From the NCBI GenBank assembly GCA_963812135.1, contig CAWETU010000001.1:1088001-1152000 (forward strand): a stretch of DNA of 64,000 nt, read 5' to 3'. This DNA comes from Vulcanimicrobiota bacterium. GTDB lineage: Bacteria > Vulcanimicrobiota > Vulcanimicrobiia > Eremiobacterales > Eremiobacteraceae. The position numbers were made by a program, and so were the translations under genes. Below the pieces are notes generated by a model, which ran no database searches, was not told the origin of the DNA, and saw only the letters and a list, made by a program, of their open reading frames with translations. The stretch's first letter is position 1. Each line of letters begins with the position of its first letter. This document shows, one piece after another, positions 39,324 to 48,677 of this stretch.

Positions 39324-40063
39324 TGCGGCGTCGCGCAGTCGGTCCCGCGCTCTTGAGCGCGGGCATCGGCGCACTCTTGTTCCTTGGGGTTGCGCCGGCG
39401 CGCGCCGAGACGACGATCGGCGTGCAACTCTTGGTGGTCAACGGCAAGCACAGCGAGATCAGCGGCAGCGTGCCCCTTTCCGGCGTTGCGCCGTTGCTTG
39501 AATTGCGCCAGCGCTGGCGCTGGATCGATCTGACGGTCGAGGGGCTACCGGCGGTCGGCGGCCAGGGCTATCTCGTCGTGCCCAGCGGCTACGTGCACCC
39601 ACTTACCAACGTCAGCATCTTCACGGCACTGACGCACGTGAGCATCGGCAAGACCGGCCGCTATTGGGTGGGCGGCGGCATCACGGTGCTCAACCAGATC
39701 ACATCGCTTGGGTCGCCGCCGCTCGCGGCGGCTTCGCGGGTCACCGGTGGACGCTACGAAGCACTCGCATTCTTGCCGTTGGGCGCGCACGGCGAGGTCG
39801 ATCTGCGGGCTGCGTACATGCCGGCGCTGCACGGCAACATCAGCTACCAGACCGGCTATTTCGCGCCGCTGCCGCCCGACAGCGAGACGGCTGAAGCGAC
39901 CGACCTCACGGCAGAGTATCTGCTGCACGTACATTCGGTCGCGCTCGGGCTTGGCGCGCGATCGATCAACTATGGAGCACATTTCGTCATGCCAGCCACG
40001 CTGGCAGATCGCAACACATCCTTCGGCCCGATCGTCGAAGCGCGCTTCAGGATCGCGAAGTGA
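39323..40063 (+). CDS. Hypothetical exported protein, probable outer-membrane beta-barrel
   Basis: Signal peptide ending APARA; amphipathic strands; C-terminal VEARFRI. Confidence 0.6.
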   Translation: MRRRAVGPALLSAGIGALLFLGVAPARAETTIGVQLLVVNGKHSEISGSVPLSGVAPLLELRQRWRWIDLTVEGLPAVGGQGYLVVPSGYVHPLTNVSIFTALTHVSIGKTGRYWVGGGITVLNQITSLGSPPLAAASRVTGGRYEALAFLPLGAHGEVDLRAAYMPALHGNISYQTGYFAPLPPDSETAEATDLTAEYLLHVHSVALGLGARSINYGAHFVMPATLADRNTSFGPIVEARFRIAK

Positions 40064-40064
40064 T

Positions 40065-41549
40065 CTACAGCCCCAGCGAGCGTTCGAGTCGAGCGCGATC
40101 GGCGCGCAGCGTCGCTGCGAGCTCGTGTTGCACGATCTTGCCGTGCTCGAGCACGTAGACGCGGTCAGCGACCGCGAGCGCGAGATCGACGTTCTGCTCG
40201 GCGAGCAACACCGTCTGACGGTCGTCGCGCAAAGCGACGATCGCTCGCCGTAACTCCTCGACGAGCGCCGGGCTCAGGCCTTCGCTCGGTTCGTCCATCA
40301 TGAGCAGCACCGGATTGCGAGCGAGCGCCCGTCCGATGGCGACCATTTGCTGCTCCCCGCCGGAAAGCGTTTCGCTGCGCTCGCGATAGCGGCGCGCGAG
40401 TTGCGGGAACAGCTGCATCACACGTTCGCGACTCCAGGGTCCGAGTCGCGCGCCCAGACTAAGCTCCTCGGCGACGCTCAGGCCTGCTAGCATGCGACGT
40501 CCCTGCGGAACCAACGCGATGCCGGCGCGCGCGCGCGCCAGCGTCGCAGAGGCGGAGAGATCGACGGCGCCCAGCTCGATGCGACCCGATCGCAGCGGAA
40601 CGAAGCCCATCAGCGTGTTAAGCAGCGTGCTCTTGCCCATCCCATTTCGTCCGAGCACCGCTACGACTTCGCCGCCCGCGACTTCCAGGCTGATGCCATC
40701 GAGCACCAAACCGGCGCCGTAACCGGACGAGACGTCGGACGCGACCAACAGCGGGGTCGCAGTAGCCGAGAGCGGCGGGATCGCGCGTTCGTCGGCGGTT
40801 TCGCGCGCTCGACCGCTCCCGACGTAGACGGCCTGCACGTCTTTGTTCTCGCGCACCTCACGCGGCGTTCCCTCGGCGAGCACGCGCCCTTGATCGAGCA
40901 CCGTCATCCGGTGCGCGAAGGATTGCGCGAAGTCGAGATCGTGTTCGATGAGCAGCACGGTGATGTTCGGCGGAAGCGCGAGCAAAAGCGCCCCGATGCG
41001 CTCACGTTCTGCGCCCGCCAAGCCGGCGAGCGGTTCGTCGAGCAGCAGCAGCGTCGGCCGCTGCACCAAGGCGCACGCGATCTCCAGCTGGCGCAGCTCG
41101 CCGTGCGACAGCATCATCGCGGTCTCCAGTATCTTGCCGGCAAGCCCGACGGTGGCTAGCGCGTCGCGCGCGGCGGCTTCGGTGTCCGCAATCGCATCGA
41201 GCGGTTGCACGATGTTCCATGCGTGTCCGGTGGTCTGCAGCGCGCATGCCCTGAGGTTGTCGAGTAGGCTGAGTTCGGGCAACACGTTGCCGGTCTGGAA
41301 CGTGCGCGCCACACCCAGACGCGCGATGCGCTCCGGCGGCATGCCGGTCGTGCGGCGTTGCGCGATCTCCACGTGACCGCGCGTCGGCGCGAGCTCCCCG
41401 CCGATGACGGCGAAGAGCGTGCTCTTGCCGGCGCCGTTCGGGCCGATGATAGCGCGGTGTTCGGCGCGCTCCACGCGCAGGCTCACGCCGTCGAGCGCGA
41501 GGACGCCGCCGAAGCGCTTGGTCACCGATTCGACGAGCAGCTCAGGCAT
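40065..41549 (-). CDS. Fused LivG-LivF ABC ATP-binding protein
   Basis: Two ABC domains (GPNGAGKS...LSHGE; GRNGMGKS...LSGGEQQM). Confidence 0.93.
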   Translation of the reverse strand: MPELLVESVTKRFGGVLALDGVSLRVERAEHRAIIGPNGAGKSTLFAVIGGELAPTRGHVEIAQRRTTGMPPERIARLGVARTFQTGNVLPELSLLDNLRACALQTTGHAWNIVQPLDAIADTEAAARDALATVGLAGKILETAMMLSHGELRQLEIACALVQRPTLLLLDEPLAGLAGAERERIGALLLALPPNITVLLIEHDLDFAQSFAHRMTVLDQGRVLAEGTPREVRENKDVQAVYVGSGRARETADERAIPPLSATATPLLVASDVSSGYGAGLVLDGISLEVAGGEVVAVLGRNGMGKSTLLNTLMGFVPLRSGRIELGAVDLSASATLARARAGIALVPQGRRMLAGLSVAEELSLGARLGPWSRERVMQLFPQLARRYRERSETLSGGEQQMVAIGRALARNPVLLMMDEPSEGLSPALVEELRRAIVALRDDRQTVLLAEQNVDLALAVADRVYVLEHGKIVQHELAATLRADRARLERSLGL

Positions 41550-42450
41550 TGCGCGTCACCAAGCTCCAAAGGCCGCGGCGCGTGAACAGGACGATCGCGA
41601 TGAGCACCGCGCCGATGGCGAACATCTCCCACTTGTCGGTCTTGGAGCTGATCCACGCCTGCAGCAGCACGAAGACGGTCGCGCCGATCACACCGCCCCA
41701 GAGGCTGCGCACTCCGCCGAGCAGCACCATGACGAGCAAGACGACCGAGTTGGTCCAGTCGACGTCGGCGAGGCTGACGAAGTTGCGGTGGTGGGCGTGC
41801 AGCACGCCGGCCAGCCCGGTGATGCCGCCGGCGAGCACGAACGCCCAATACTTGTACCAAAACGCGGAGAGGCCCGACGCGCGAGCGCGCGTCTCGTTCT
41901 CGCGCACCGCTTCCAGCGCTAACCCGGCAGGCGAGCGCAACAGGCGTTGGAGCATGACGATCACGACGAGCAGCAGGCCGGCGGCAAGCAGATAGAACGC
42001 CGTGTCGCTCATCGGAAGCTTCGTCAGGGTCAAGCCGTCGCTGCCGCCTGACACCGCGTGCCATTTGTCGGCCGTCGCCCACACGAGCTGCGCAAACGCC
42101 AGCGTTATCATAAGGAAGAAGATGCCGGCGCTGCGCAGGGTCAGCGGCGCGGTGACCGCCGCGAACACCGCGGCCAGCGCAAAACCGGCCGCGAGCGTGA
42201 GCGCGATGTTCGGTCCGGCGTGCGAGCTCACAATAGCCGCCGCGTAGGCTCCGAGACCGAAGAACGCGGCTTGGCCGAGCGACACCAGACCAGCGTATCC
42301 GACGAGCAGATCGAGGGCCACCGCCGCGATCGCGTAGAGCACGACTTCGGTCGCGAGGTATAGGGCGTAGCCATGCAGCAGCGCCGGGGCGAGCGCCGCC
42401 AGCACGACGAGTGCGACGATGACAACCCGACGCGCGATCGGGCTAGCCAC
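41542..42450 (-). CDS. livM: Branched-chain amino acid-type ABC permease (LivM-like)
   Basis: GYAGLVSLGQAAFFGLGAY, AVRENETRA. Confidence 0.88.
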   Translation of the reverse strand: MASPIARRVVIVALVVLAALAPALLHGYALYLATEVVLYAIAAVALDLLVGYAGLVSLGQAAFFGLGAYAAAIVSSHAGPNIALTLAAGFALAAVFAAVTAPLTLRSAGIFFLMITLAFAQLVWATADKWHAVSGGSDGLTLTKLPMSDTAFYLLAAGLLLVVIVMLQRLLRSPAGLALEAVRENETRARASGLSAFWYKYWAFVLAGGITGLAGVLHAHHRNFVSLADVDWTNSVVLLVMVLLGGVRSLWGGVIGATVFVLLQAWISSKTDKWEMFAIGAVLIAIVLFTRRGLWSLVTRNA

Positions 42451-43303
42451 GCTTGCCGAGCAACCCCTGCGGACGGAAGCCGAGCACGACGACCATCAGC
42501 GCGAAGATGAGAAACGGCGCGTATTCCGGATAGAGCAGGGTGCCGAAGCCGTTGACAAAGGCGACGATGATCGCGCCGACGAGCGCGCCCGCGACGCTCC
42601 CCAGCCCACCGACGACGACGACGACGAGTGCGAGGAGCATCATCTGGAGATCGAGTCCGGGCGCCAACGCGATGATCGGACCGCCGACGGCGCCGCCGAA
42701 CGCCGCGAGCGCGACCGACGCGGCGAACGTGAGTGCGGCGACCGAATCGGTCGGCACGCCGAGCGATGCTGCCACCTGCGGATCGCTCGTGACGGCGCGG
42801 ACGCGCGCCCCGATGGGGCTGCGCAGCACGGCCTGCACGGCGACGAACGCGACCGCGCCAAGACAGATCACGAATAATTGGTACGCCGGGTACTGTATGC
42901 TGAAGAGCGACACGAGGCCGCTCAACGCAGCGGGCGGCGATGACGAGCGGATGTCGGCGCCCCAGATCGCGCGGATCACGTCGGCGAGGATGAACGCCAA
43001 ACCGACGGTGAGCAGCACCTGATCGAGCTCGCGCCCGCGGAGCCGGCGCAGCAGCAGGCGCTCGACCAGCCACCCGAGCGTGCCGCCCAACAGCGGCGCG
43101 ACCACGAGCGATAACCAGAAATTGCCGGTCCGCTGGACGACCGTATAGCCGACATAGGCGCCGAGCATGTAGAACGTGCCGTGCGCGAGATTCGCGATGC
43201 GCCCGACGCCGTAGATCAGCGAGAAGCCGGCCGCTAAAAGGAACAACAGCATGGCGAACGCCAGGCTGTTGAGCCCTTGGAATTCAAGAAGTTGCGTCGG
43301 CAC
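42443..43303 (-). CDS. livH: Branched-chain amino acid-type ABC permease (LivH-like)
   Basis: NLAHGTFYMLGAY, VVGGLGS, RPQGLLG. Confidence 0.88.
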   Translation of the reverse strand: MPTQLLEFQGLNSLAFAMLLFLLAAGFSLIYGVGRIANLAHGTFYMLGAYVGYTVVQRTGNFWLSLVVAPLLGGTLGWLVERLLLRRLRGRELDQVLLTVGLAFILADVIRAIWGADIRSSSPPAALSGLVSLFSIQYPAYQLFVICLGAVAFVAVQAVLRSPIGARVRAVTSDPQVAASLGVPTDSVAALTFAASVALAAFGGAVGGPIIALAPGLDLQMMLLALVVVVVGGLGSVAGALVGAIIVAFVNGFGTLLYPEYAPFLIFALMVVVLGFRPQGLLGKRG

Positions 43304-44488
43304 TCAGCCCGGGTCGCGGATGCGGCCGAGATCCGAGACGACTTTGTTGTGATCGCCCGTCGCCGTAAGCACGACCTCGCGCAGATAAACGTTTTGGATG
43401 ACGTTGTGCGTCACCGGGTCGAACTCGAACGCCCCGCGTGGGCTTGCGAAGCGCACGCTTTCGAACGCCTCGATGACCTTCTTCTTGTTGGACGTGTCGC
43501 CATCGAGCTTGTTGAGCGCTTCGACGATGGTTCGCGCGGTGTCGAAGCCGCGCATCGAATAGACGCTGGGATCCACGCCGAAACGGATCTGATAGTCCTG
43601 CACGAAGCGCTCGTTCTCCGGATTCTTCATGAGCAGCGCCCAATGCAGCGTGCTGTGCGCGCCTTCGGCCGCGTTGCCGATCGCGGCGAGCGTGTTCTCT
43701 TCGACCATGTCGCCGATGACCGCCAGCTTGATGGAGCGCGAGAGACCGAACTGTTGGAATTGGCGCAAGAAGATGGTGCCGTCGCTGCCGGCCAGGAAAC
43801 CGAACAGCACTTCGGGTTTCGCCGCCGCGATCTTCGCGATGTACGATGAGAAGTCTGGGCTGCCGAGCGGCGGATAGACCTCATCGATGACTTTGCCGCC
43901 CGCAGCAGTGAACGCGTCTTTGAATCCTGCCGCGCTTTCGCGGCCATACGCATAGTCGGCGGCGATCATGAACACTTGTTTGCTGAACTTGGTCGCGGTC
44001 CACGTGCCGAGCGGGTTAGCGAACTGCCACGCGGTGAAGCTCGTGCGGAAGATGTACGGGCTCTTGCGCGCGCGCGTCAGCGCGTTCCCGCCGGCGTTGG
44101 CGATGATGAGCGGCACCTGCGCATCGGTGACGAGATCGCGGATCGCGTATGCGGACGGCGTCGCGACGATGCCCGCGAGCAGGTCCACTTTGTCGGACTG
44201 GATGAGCTTGGTGGCTTTTGAGACTGCCACGCTTGGATCACTCGACTCGTTCTCGTTGATGATCACGATCTCGCGGCCGCCCGCCTTGTTGTGCACCTCG
44301 TCGAAATACAGCCGCATGCCTTTGCCGATCTGATCGCCCAGCTCTGCGTACACGCCGGACGACGGCAAGATCACGCCGATCTTCAGCGCATCTTTGGCGG
44401 CGGCCCTGGATGGAAAAGCTTGCGGCAGCAAGCTCAGGCCGCCGGCCGCGATGCCGGCCTTGATGAAATCGCGTCGCGTCGGGCTCAT
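43304..44488 (-). CDS. Tat-exported ABC substrate-binding protein (Liv/aromatic-acid type)
   Basis: TRRDFIK Tat motif; SGVYAELG, DYAYGRE. Confidence 0.9.
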   Translation of the reverse strand: MSPTRRDFIKAGIAAGGLSLLPQAFPSRAAAKDALKIGVILPSSGVYAELGDQIGKGMRLYFDEVHNKAGGREIVIINENESSDPSVAVSKATKLIQSDKVDLLAGIVATPSAYAIRDLVTDAQVPLIIANAGGNALTRARKSPYIFRTSFTAWQFANPLGTWTATKFSKQVFMIAADYAYGRESAAGFKDAFTAAGGKVIDEVYPPLGSPDFSSYIAKIAAAKPEVLFGFLAGSDGTIFLRQFQQFGLSRSIKLAVIGDMVEENTLAAIGNAAEGAHSTLHWALLMKNPENERFVQDYQIRFGVDPSVYSMRGFDTARTIVEALNKLDGDTSNKKKVIEAFESVRFASPRGAFEFDPVTHNVIQNVYLREVVLTATGDHNKVVSDLGRIRDPG

Positions 44489-44593
44489 GCGAGTGTACCT
44501 CTTCCAATGAAGGGCGAGTTGAGGCCGTTCGTCGCGCTGCGTCGCGGCCCTGCGGGTCTTGTCCGGCCGTCAGCAAAGCGGGATAGCGCCTGC

Positions 44594-45238
44594 ATGCTCG
44601 ACGCCGTGCTCGACGTGCTCGCTCCTGCGCGATGCGCTGCGTGCGACGCGTATGCGCGGGGGCTGTGCGGAGATTGTCGCACGGCGATCGGCCAATCGCA
44701 CCCGGTAATACGCCGCGATATCCCCGGCGTTGAGCGTGTCGTCGCGCTCGGCGCATATGAAGGCACATTGCGGCGCGCCGTGCTCGCGCTCAAGTACGCC
44801 AACCGGCGCGACGTCGCGGCGGAGATCGCCGAACTGTACGCGCGCGCGGTCGAACCATTCGGCGAGTTGCTGGTGGCCGTGCCGCTGCATCCCGCGCGCC
44901 GGTCGAGGCGCGGCTTCAACCAAGCGGACGTGCTGGCTATGGCGCTCGAAGAAGCGTGGCGAGCGAGCCATGTCGTGCGGCCGCCCGTCGCGATTCAGAG
45001 TTCGCTGATCCGGGTGAAGGTGACCGCGCCGCAGAGCGGTCTTGCCAGCCGCGCACGAGAGGACAACGTTGCGCTGGCGTTCTCCGCGGGCTCGAATGCG
45101 GCCGCGGTCGATGGCCGCGTGGTCATCTTGGTCGATGACGTCGCGACCACGGGCGCAACGCTGCGTGCGTGCGCCCGGGTTTTGCGCGAATGCGGCGCCG
45201 CGCGCATCGCCGCGGCATGTGCTGCGGTGAAGCTTTGA
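44594..45238 (+). CDS. comF: ComF family phosphoribosyltransferase-like protein
   Basis: CxxC pairs, VPLH, RGFNQA, LVDDVATTGAT. Confidence 0.9.
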   Translation: MLDAVLDVLAPARCAACDAYARGLCGDCRTAIGQSHPVIRRDIPGVERVVALGAYEGTLRRAVLALKYANRRDVAAEIAELYARAVEPFGELLVAVPLHPARRSRRGFNQADVLAMALEEAWRASHVVRPPVAIQSSLIRVKVTAPQSGLASRAREDNVALAFSAGSNAAAVDGRVVILVDDVATTGATLRACARVLRECGAARIAAACAAVKL

Positions 45239-45276
45239 GCACGGGTGAGGCTTGCCGACTTCGAGAAATGCGCAGT

Positions 45277-46497
45277 ATGTCTGATCCGGATGGTTCGCGG
45301 TTCATGCGGCGAGCGCTTACGCTCGCAGCGCGCGCGACCGGCGACACGAGTCCGAATCCACTCGTCGGTGCGGTCGTGGTGCGCGAGGGGCGCGTCGTCG
45401 GCGAGGGTTATCATCGACGCGCCGGCAGCGAACACGCGGAACGCGAAGCGCTGCGACGAGCGGGTTCGCGCGCGCGCGGCGCGACGCTCTATGTCACGCT
45501 CGAGCCGTGCGTCCATCGCGGTCGCACGCCGCCATGCGCCGACGCTATTGTCGTGGCTGGTATCGCGCGCGTCGTGGTCGCAATCGAAGATCCCGATGCG
45601 CGCGTTCGCGGACGCGGCATCCGCTTGCTGCAGCGAGCCGGCATCGACGTCGAAATCGGCGACGGCGCTGCGGCGGCGCGAGAGCAGAACCGCGCGTACA
45701 TCAAGCAGCGATCCACCGGATTGCCGTTCGTGACGCTGAAGATCGCGCAGTCGCTCGATGGTTTCGTGGCCGCGCGAAAAGGCGAACGCACGCCGATCAC
45801 CGGCGCCGCCGCTGCGCGTGAGACGCGACGCGAACGCATCGAAAACGATATCATCATGATCGGCGTCGATACCGCGATCGTCGACGATCCGCAGCTCACC
45901 GTGCGCCCGCCGCACGCGCGTGCCGTGCCCTATACCCGCGTCGTCGTCGATTCGCGCGGCAGAATCCCGTTGTCGTCGCGCCTCGTGTGCGATCAGCGCG
46001 TCGCTCGAACGATCGTCGCCACAACATCCGCGATGCCGCGCGCGGTGCGCGCCGCTCTCAAACGAAAGCGCGCGCAGGTCCTCGTCTGCAAAAACACGCG
46101 ACGCGGACGCGTCGATCTGCGCGATCTGCTCGCGAGGCTCGGAAGGCAAGGACACTTGAGCGTGCTCTGCGAAGCCGGGCCGACGCTCGCACGTGCGTTG
46201 CTCACCGCGCGCTGCGTCGACCGCATCCTTTGGTTCATCGCTCCCACGCGGCTTGACGGCACGAGGCCGGGATTCAAAGCGGTCGAGGCGCCGTCGGCTC
46301 CGCGCGCGCACATCGTCGGTGTGCGTCGCGTCGGACGCGACGTGCTCGTATCGGCGGTTCCGGAGGTGCAGCGATCTTCACCGGACTTATCTCGCACGAA
46401 GGCACGGTCGTCAGCGTCGGCTCGCAAGCAGGCGCGCGCCGGCTCGTCATCGAGAACGCGCATGTCAGCCAAAGCGAAACGCCGGGCGCAAGCATAA
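45277..46497 (+). CDS. ribD: Riboflavin biosynthesis deaminase/reductase RibD (homology ends near 46370)
   Basis: PNPLVGAV, HAE, TLEPC, SLDG, DDPQLTVR. Confidence 0.93.
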   Translation: MSDPDGSRFMRRALTLAARATGDTSPNPLVGAVVVREGRVVGEGYHRRAGSEHAEREALRRAGSRARGATLYVTLEPCVHRGRTPPCADAIVVAGIARVVVAIEDPDARVRGRGIRLLQRAGIDVEIGDGAAAAREQNRAYIKQRSTGLPFVTLKIAQSLDGFVAARKGERTPITGAAAARETRRERIENDIIMIGVDTAIVDDPQLTVRPPHARAVPYTRVVVDSRGRIPLSSRLVCDQRVARTIVATTSAMPRAVRAALKRKRAQVLVCKNTRRGRVDLRDLLARLGRQGHLSVLCEAGPTLARALLTARCVDRILWFIAPTRLDGTRPGFKAVEAPSAPRAHIVGVRRVGRDVLVSAVPEVQRSSPDLSRTKARSSASARKQARAGSSSRTRMSAKAKRRAQA

Positions 46498-46973
46498 ACG
46501 TGAACGGCGTGTGCCTCACCGTTGTCCGCTCGCATAGTGGGAAACTCGAATTCGACGTCGTGCCCGAGACGTTGTCGCGCACGAATCTCGGTTCGCTCGA
46601 GCCCGGCGACGTCGTCAACCTCGAGCCGAGCCTGCGCCTCGGCGATCCGTTGGGCGGGCACATCGTCTACGGGCACGTCGACACCACGACGACGATCGAG
46701 AAGAAACTGCCCGAAGGACCAGGTTTTCGCATGTGGTGCTCAGTCCCGGCGAGCGTGAGGCCGATGATTGTAGCAAAGGGCTATGTGGCGCTCGACGGAG
46801 TGAGCCTCACGGTTGCCGAACTGAATACGAACCGGACGTCGTTCGCCGTCGCTCTCATCCCGGAGACGCTTGTGCGGACCAGATTCGGCAGCGCAGCCGA
46901 AGGCGACGTGGTGAACCTCGAAGTCGATCCGGTCGCGCGCTACGTCGCTGCGCTCCTCTCAAGCAAAGGTTAG
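46374..46973 (+). CDS. ribE: Riboflavin synthase; no canonical start codon (ATC at 46374)
   Basis: In-frame IFTGLI...SINVNGVCLT, LGGHIVYGHVD, VNLEVD; GGAGGT 6 nt upstream. Confidence 0.88.
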   Translation: MFTGLISHEGTVVSVGSQAGARRLVIENAHVSQSETPGASINVNGVCLTVVRSHSGKLEFDVVPETLSRTNLGSLEPGDVVNLEPSLRLGDPLGGHIVYGHVDTTTTIEKKLPEGPGFRMWCSVPASVRPMIVAKGYVALDGVSLTVAELNTNRTSFAVALIPETLVRTRFGSAAEGDVVNLEVDPVARYVAALLSSKG

Positions 46974-46975
46974 AT

Positions 46976-48181
46976 ATGCCGCTCGCAAGCATCGAAGACG
47001 CCATCGCCGACATTCGCGCCGGCAAAATGATCGTCGTCATGGACGACGAGGATCGCGAGAACGAAGGCGACCTCACGATGGCGGCTCAGATGGTGACCGC
47101 CGATGCGATCAATTTCATGTCGAAACACGGCCGCGGTCTGATCTGCGTGCCGATCATCGGGCGGCGTCTTGACGAGTTGCACATCCCGATGATGGTGCAC
47201 GAGAACACGTCGCCGCTCGAGACCGCATTCACCGTCTCCGTCGAAGCAAAAGGCCGGACGACCACCGGCATCTCGGCACAGGACCGCGCCGCGACGATTT
47301 CGGCGCTGCTCGACCCGCGCTCCAAGCCGAGCGACTTCGTGTGTCCCGGCCACACCTTCCCGCTGCGCGCGCGCGAAGGCGGCGTGCTCGTGCGCGCCGG
47401 ACAGACCGAAGCCGGCGTCGATCTTGCGCAGCTCGCCGGTCTGTATCCCGCTGGCGTGGTGTGCGAGATCCTCGACGACGACGGGCGCATGATGCGCCGC
47501 CCGGCGCTCGAGCGTTTCTCGGCCGAACACGGGCTGAAGATGGTCACGGTGACCGACCTTATCGCCTATCGCATGCGCCACGAGAAGCTCGTGCAGCGCA
47601 TCGCGACTTTCAAAATGCCCACCCAGTTCGGCGATTTCACCGGCTACGCGTACGAATCGTCAGTCGACCACGCTTGTCACGTCGCGCTCGTCATGGGCGA
47701 GATCGGGGACGGCAAGGATGTGCCGGTGCGCGTGCACTCGGAATGCTTGACGGGCGATGCGCTCGGCAGCAAGCGGTGCGACTGCGCCGCGCAGCGCGAT
47801 GCCGCCCTTCAGATCATCGCCAAGTCTGGACGCGGCGTCTTCCTTTATCTTCACCAGGAAGGCCGAGGCATCGGGCTGGCCAACAAGCTGCGCGCCTATG
47901 AGCTCCAAGACAGCGGCGCGGATACGGTCGAGGCGAACCTCAAGCTGGGGCTGCCCGTCGACAGCCGCGAGTACGGCACCGGCTCGCAGATCCTGCACGA
48001 CCTCGGCGTGCGCGAGATGAAGATCATCACGAACAATCCGCGCAAGATCGTCGGGTTGGAAGGTTACGGCTTGAAGATGACCGGGCGCATACCGCTGATC
48101 ACCGACGGCGACGAGTACAACGCCGACTACTTGCGCGCCAAGAAAGAAAAACTCGGCCACCTCTTCGGGCCGCCCGCCTAA
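46976..48181 (+). CDS. ribBA: Bifunctional DHBP synthase / GTP cyclohydrolase II
   Basis: DDEDRENEGD, RVHSECLTGD, QEGRGIGL. Confidence 0.97.
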   Translation: MPLASIEDAIADIRAGKMIVVMDDEDRENEGDLTMAAQMVTADAINFMSKHGRGLICVPIIGRRLDELHIPMMVHENTSPLETAFTVSVEAKGRTTTGISAQDRAATISALLDPRSKPSDFVCPGHTFPLRAREGGVLVRAGQTEAGVDLAQLAGLYPAGVVCEILDDDGRMMRRPALERFSAEHGLKMVTVTDLIAYRMRHEKLVQRIATFKMPTQFGDFTGYAYESSVDHACHVALVMGEIGDGKDVPVRVHSECLTGDALGSKRCDCAAQRDAALQIIAKSGRGVFLYLHQEGRGIGLANKLRAYELQDSGADTVEANLKLGLPVDSREYGTGSQILHDLGVREMKIITNNPRKIVGLEGYGLKMTGRIPLITDGDEYNADYLRAKKEKLGHLFGPPA

Positions 48182-48193
48182 ACGCCGTCCGCT

Positions 48194-48677
48194 TTGCGAT
48201 TCGCCGTCGTCAGAAGCCTCTTCAACGCGCAGGTGACCCAAGCGCTGCTCGACGGCGCCAAGCGCGGCTTTGCCGACGCCAAGATCGAGCAGGATCTGGT
48301 GGACGCCTTCGACGTCCCCGGCGCATTCGAGCTGCCCCTTGCAGCGTTGTGGCTGGCGCAGACCAAAAAGTACAACGCAGTGGTATGCCTTGGCTGTGTG
48401 ATCCGTGGGCAGACGCCGCACTTCGAGTATGTCGCGGCTGCAAGCGGCGCGCGGCATTGCAGATGTGGCGCTGCGCACCGGCATTCCGGTGATCTTCGGC
48501 GTGCTGACGACCGATACGTTGGAACAGGCGCTCGCGCGTGCCGACACAAGCGCGGGCAGCAGCGGCGGGCACGGCGCGGACGAACGGTCGACTAAAGCCG
48601 AGCGCTACAACAAAGGGTACGAGGCCGCGCAAAGCGCGATCGCCATGGCGCAACTGCGAAGGAAGTTCGACATCTGA
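48194..48677 (+). CDS. ribH: Lumazine synthase; +1 frameshift near 48442, probably sequence error
   Basis: VPGAFELP and [14 protein letters not shown], then [10 protein letters not shown] and NKGYEAA in the next frame. Confidence 0.9.

Noticed and set aside
45239..45276. FMN riboswitch before ribD
   Set aside because: Only about 38 nt separate comF and ribD; no RFN motif is visible.
48435..48450. ribH as a pseudogene
   Set aside because: Both halves are intact within a complete rib operon; one extra base in GCAAGCGG explains it.
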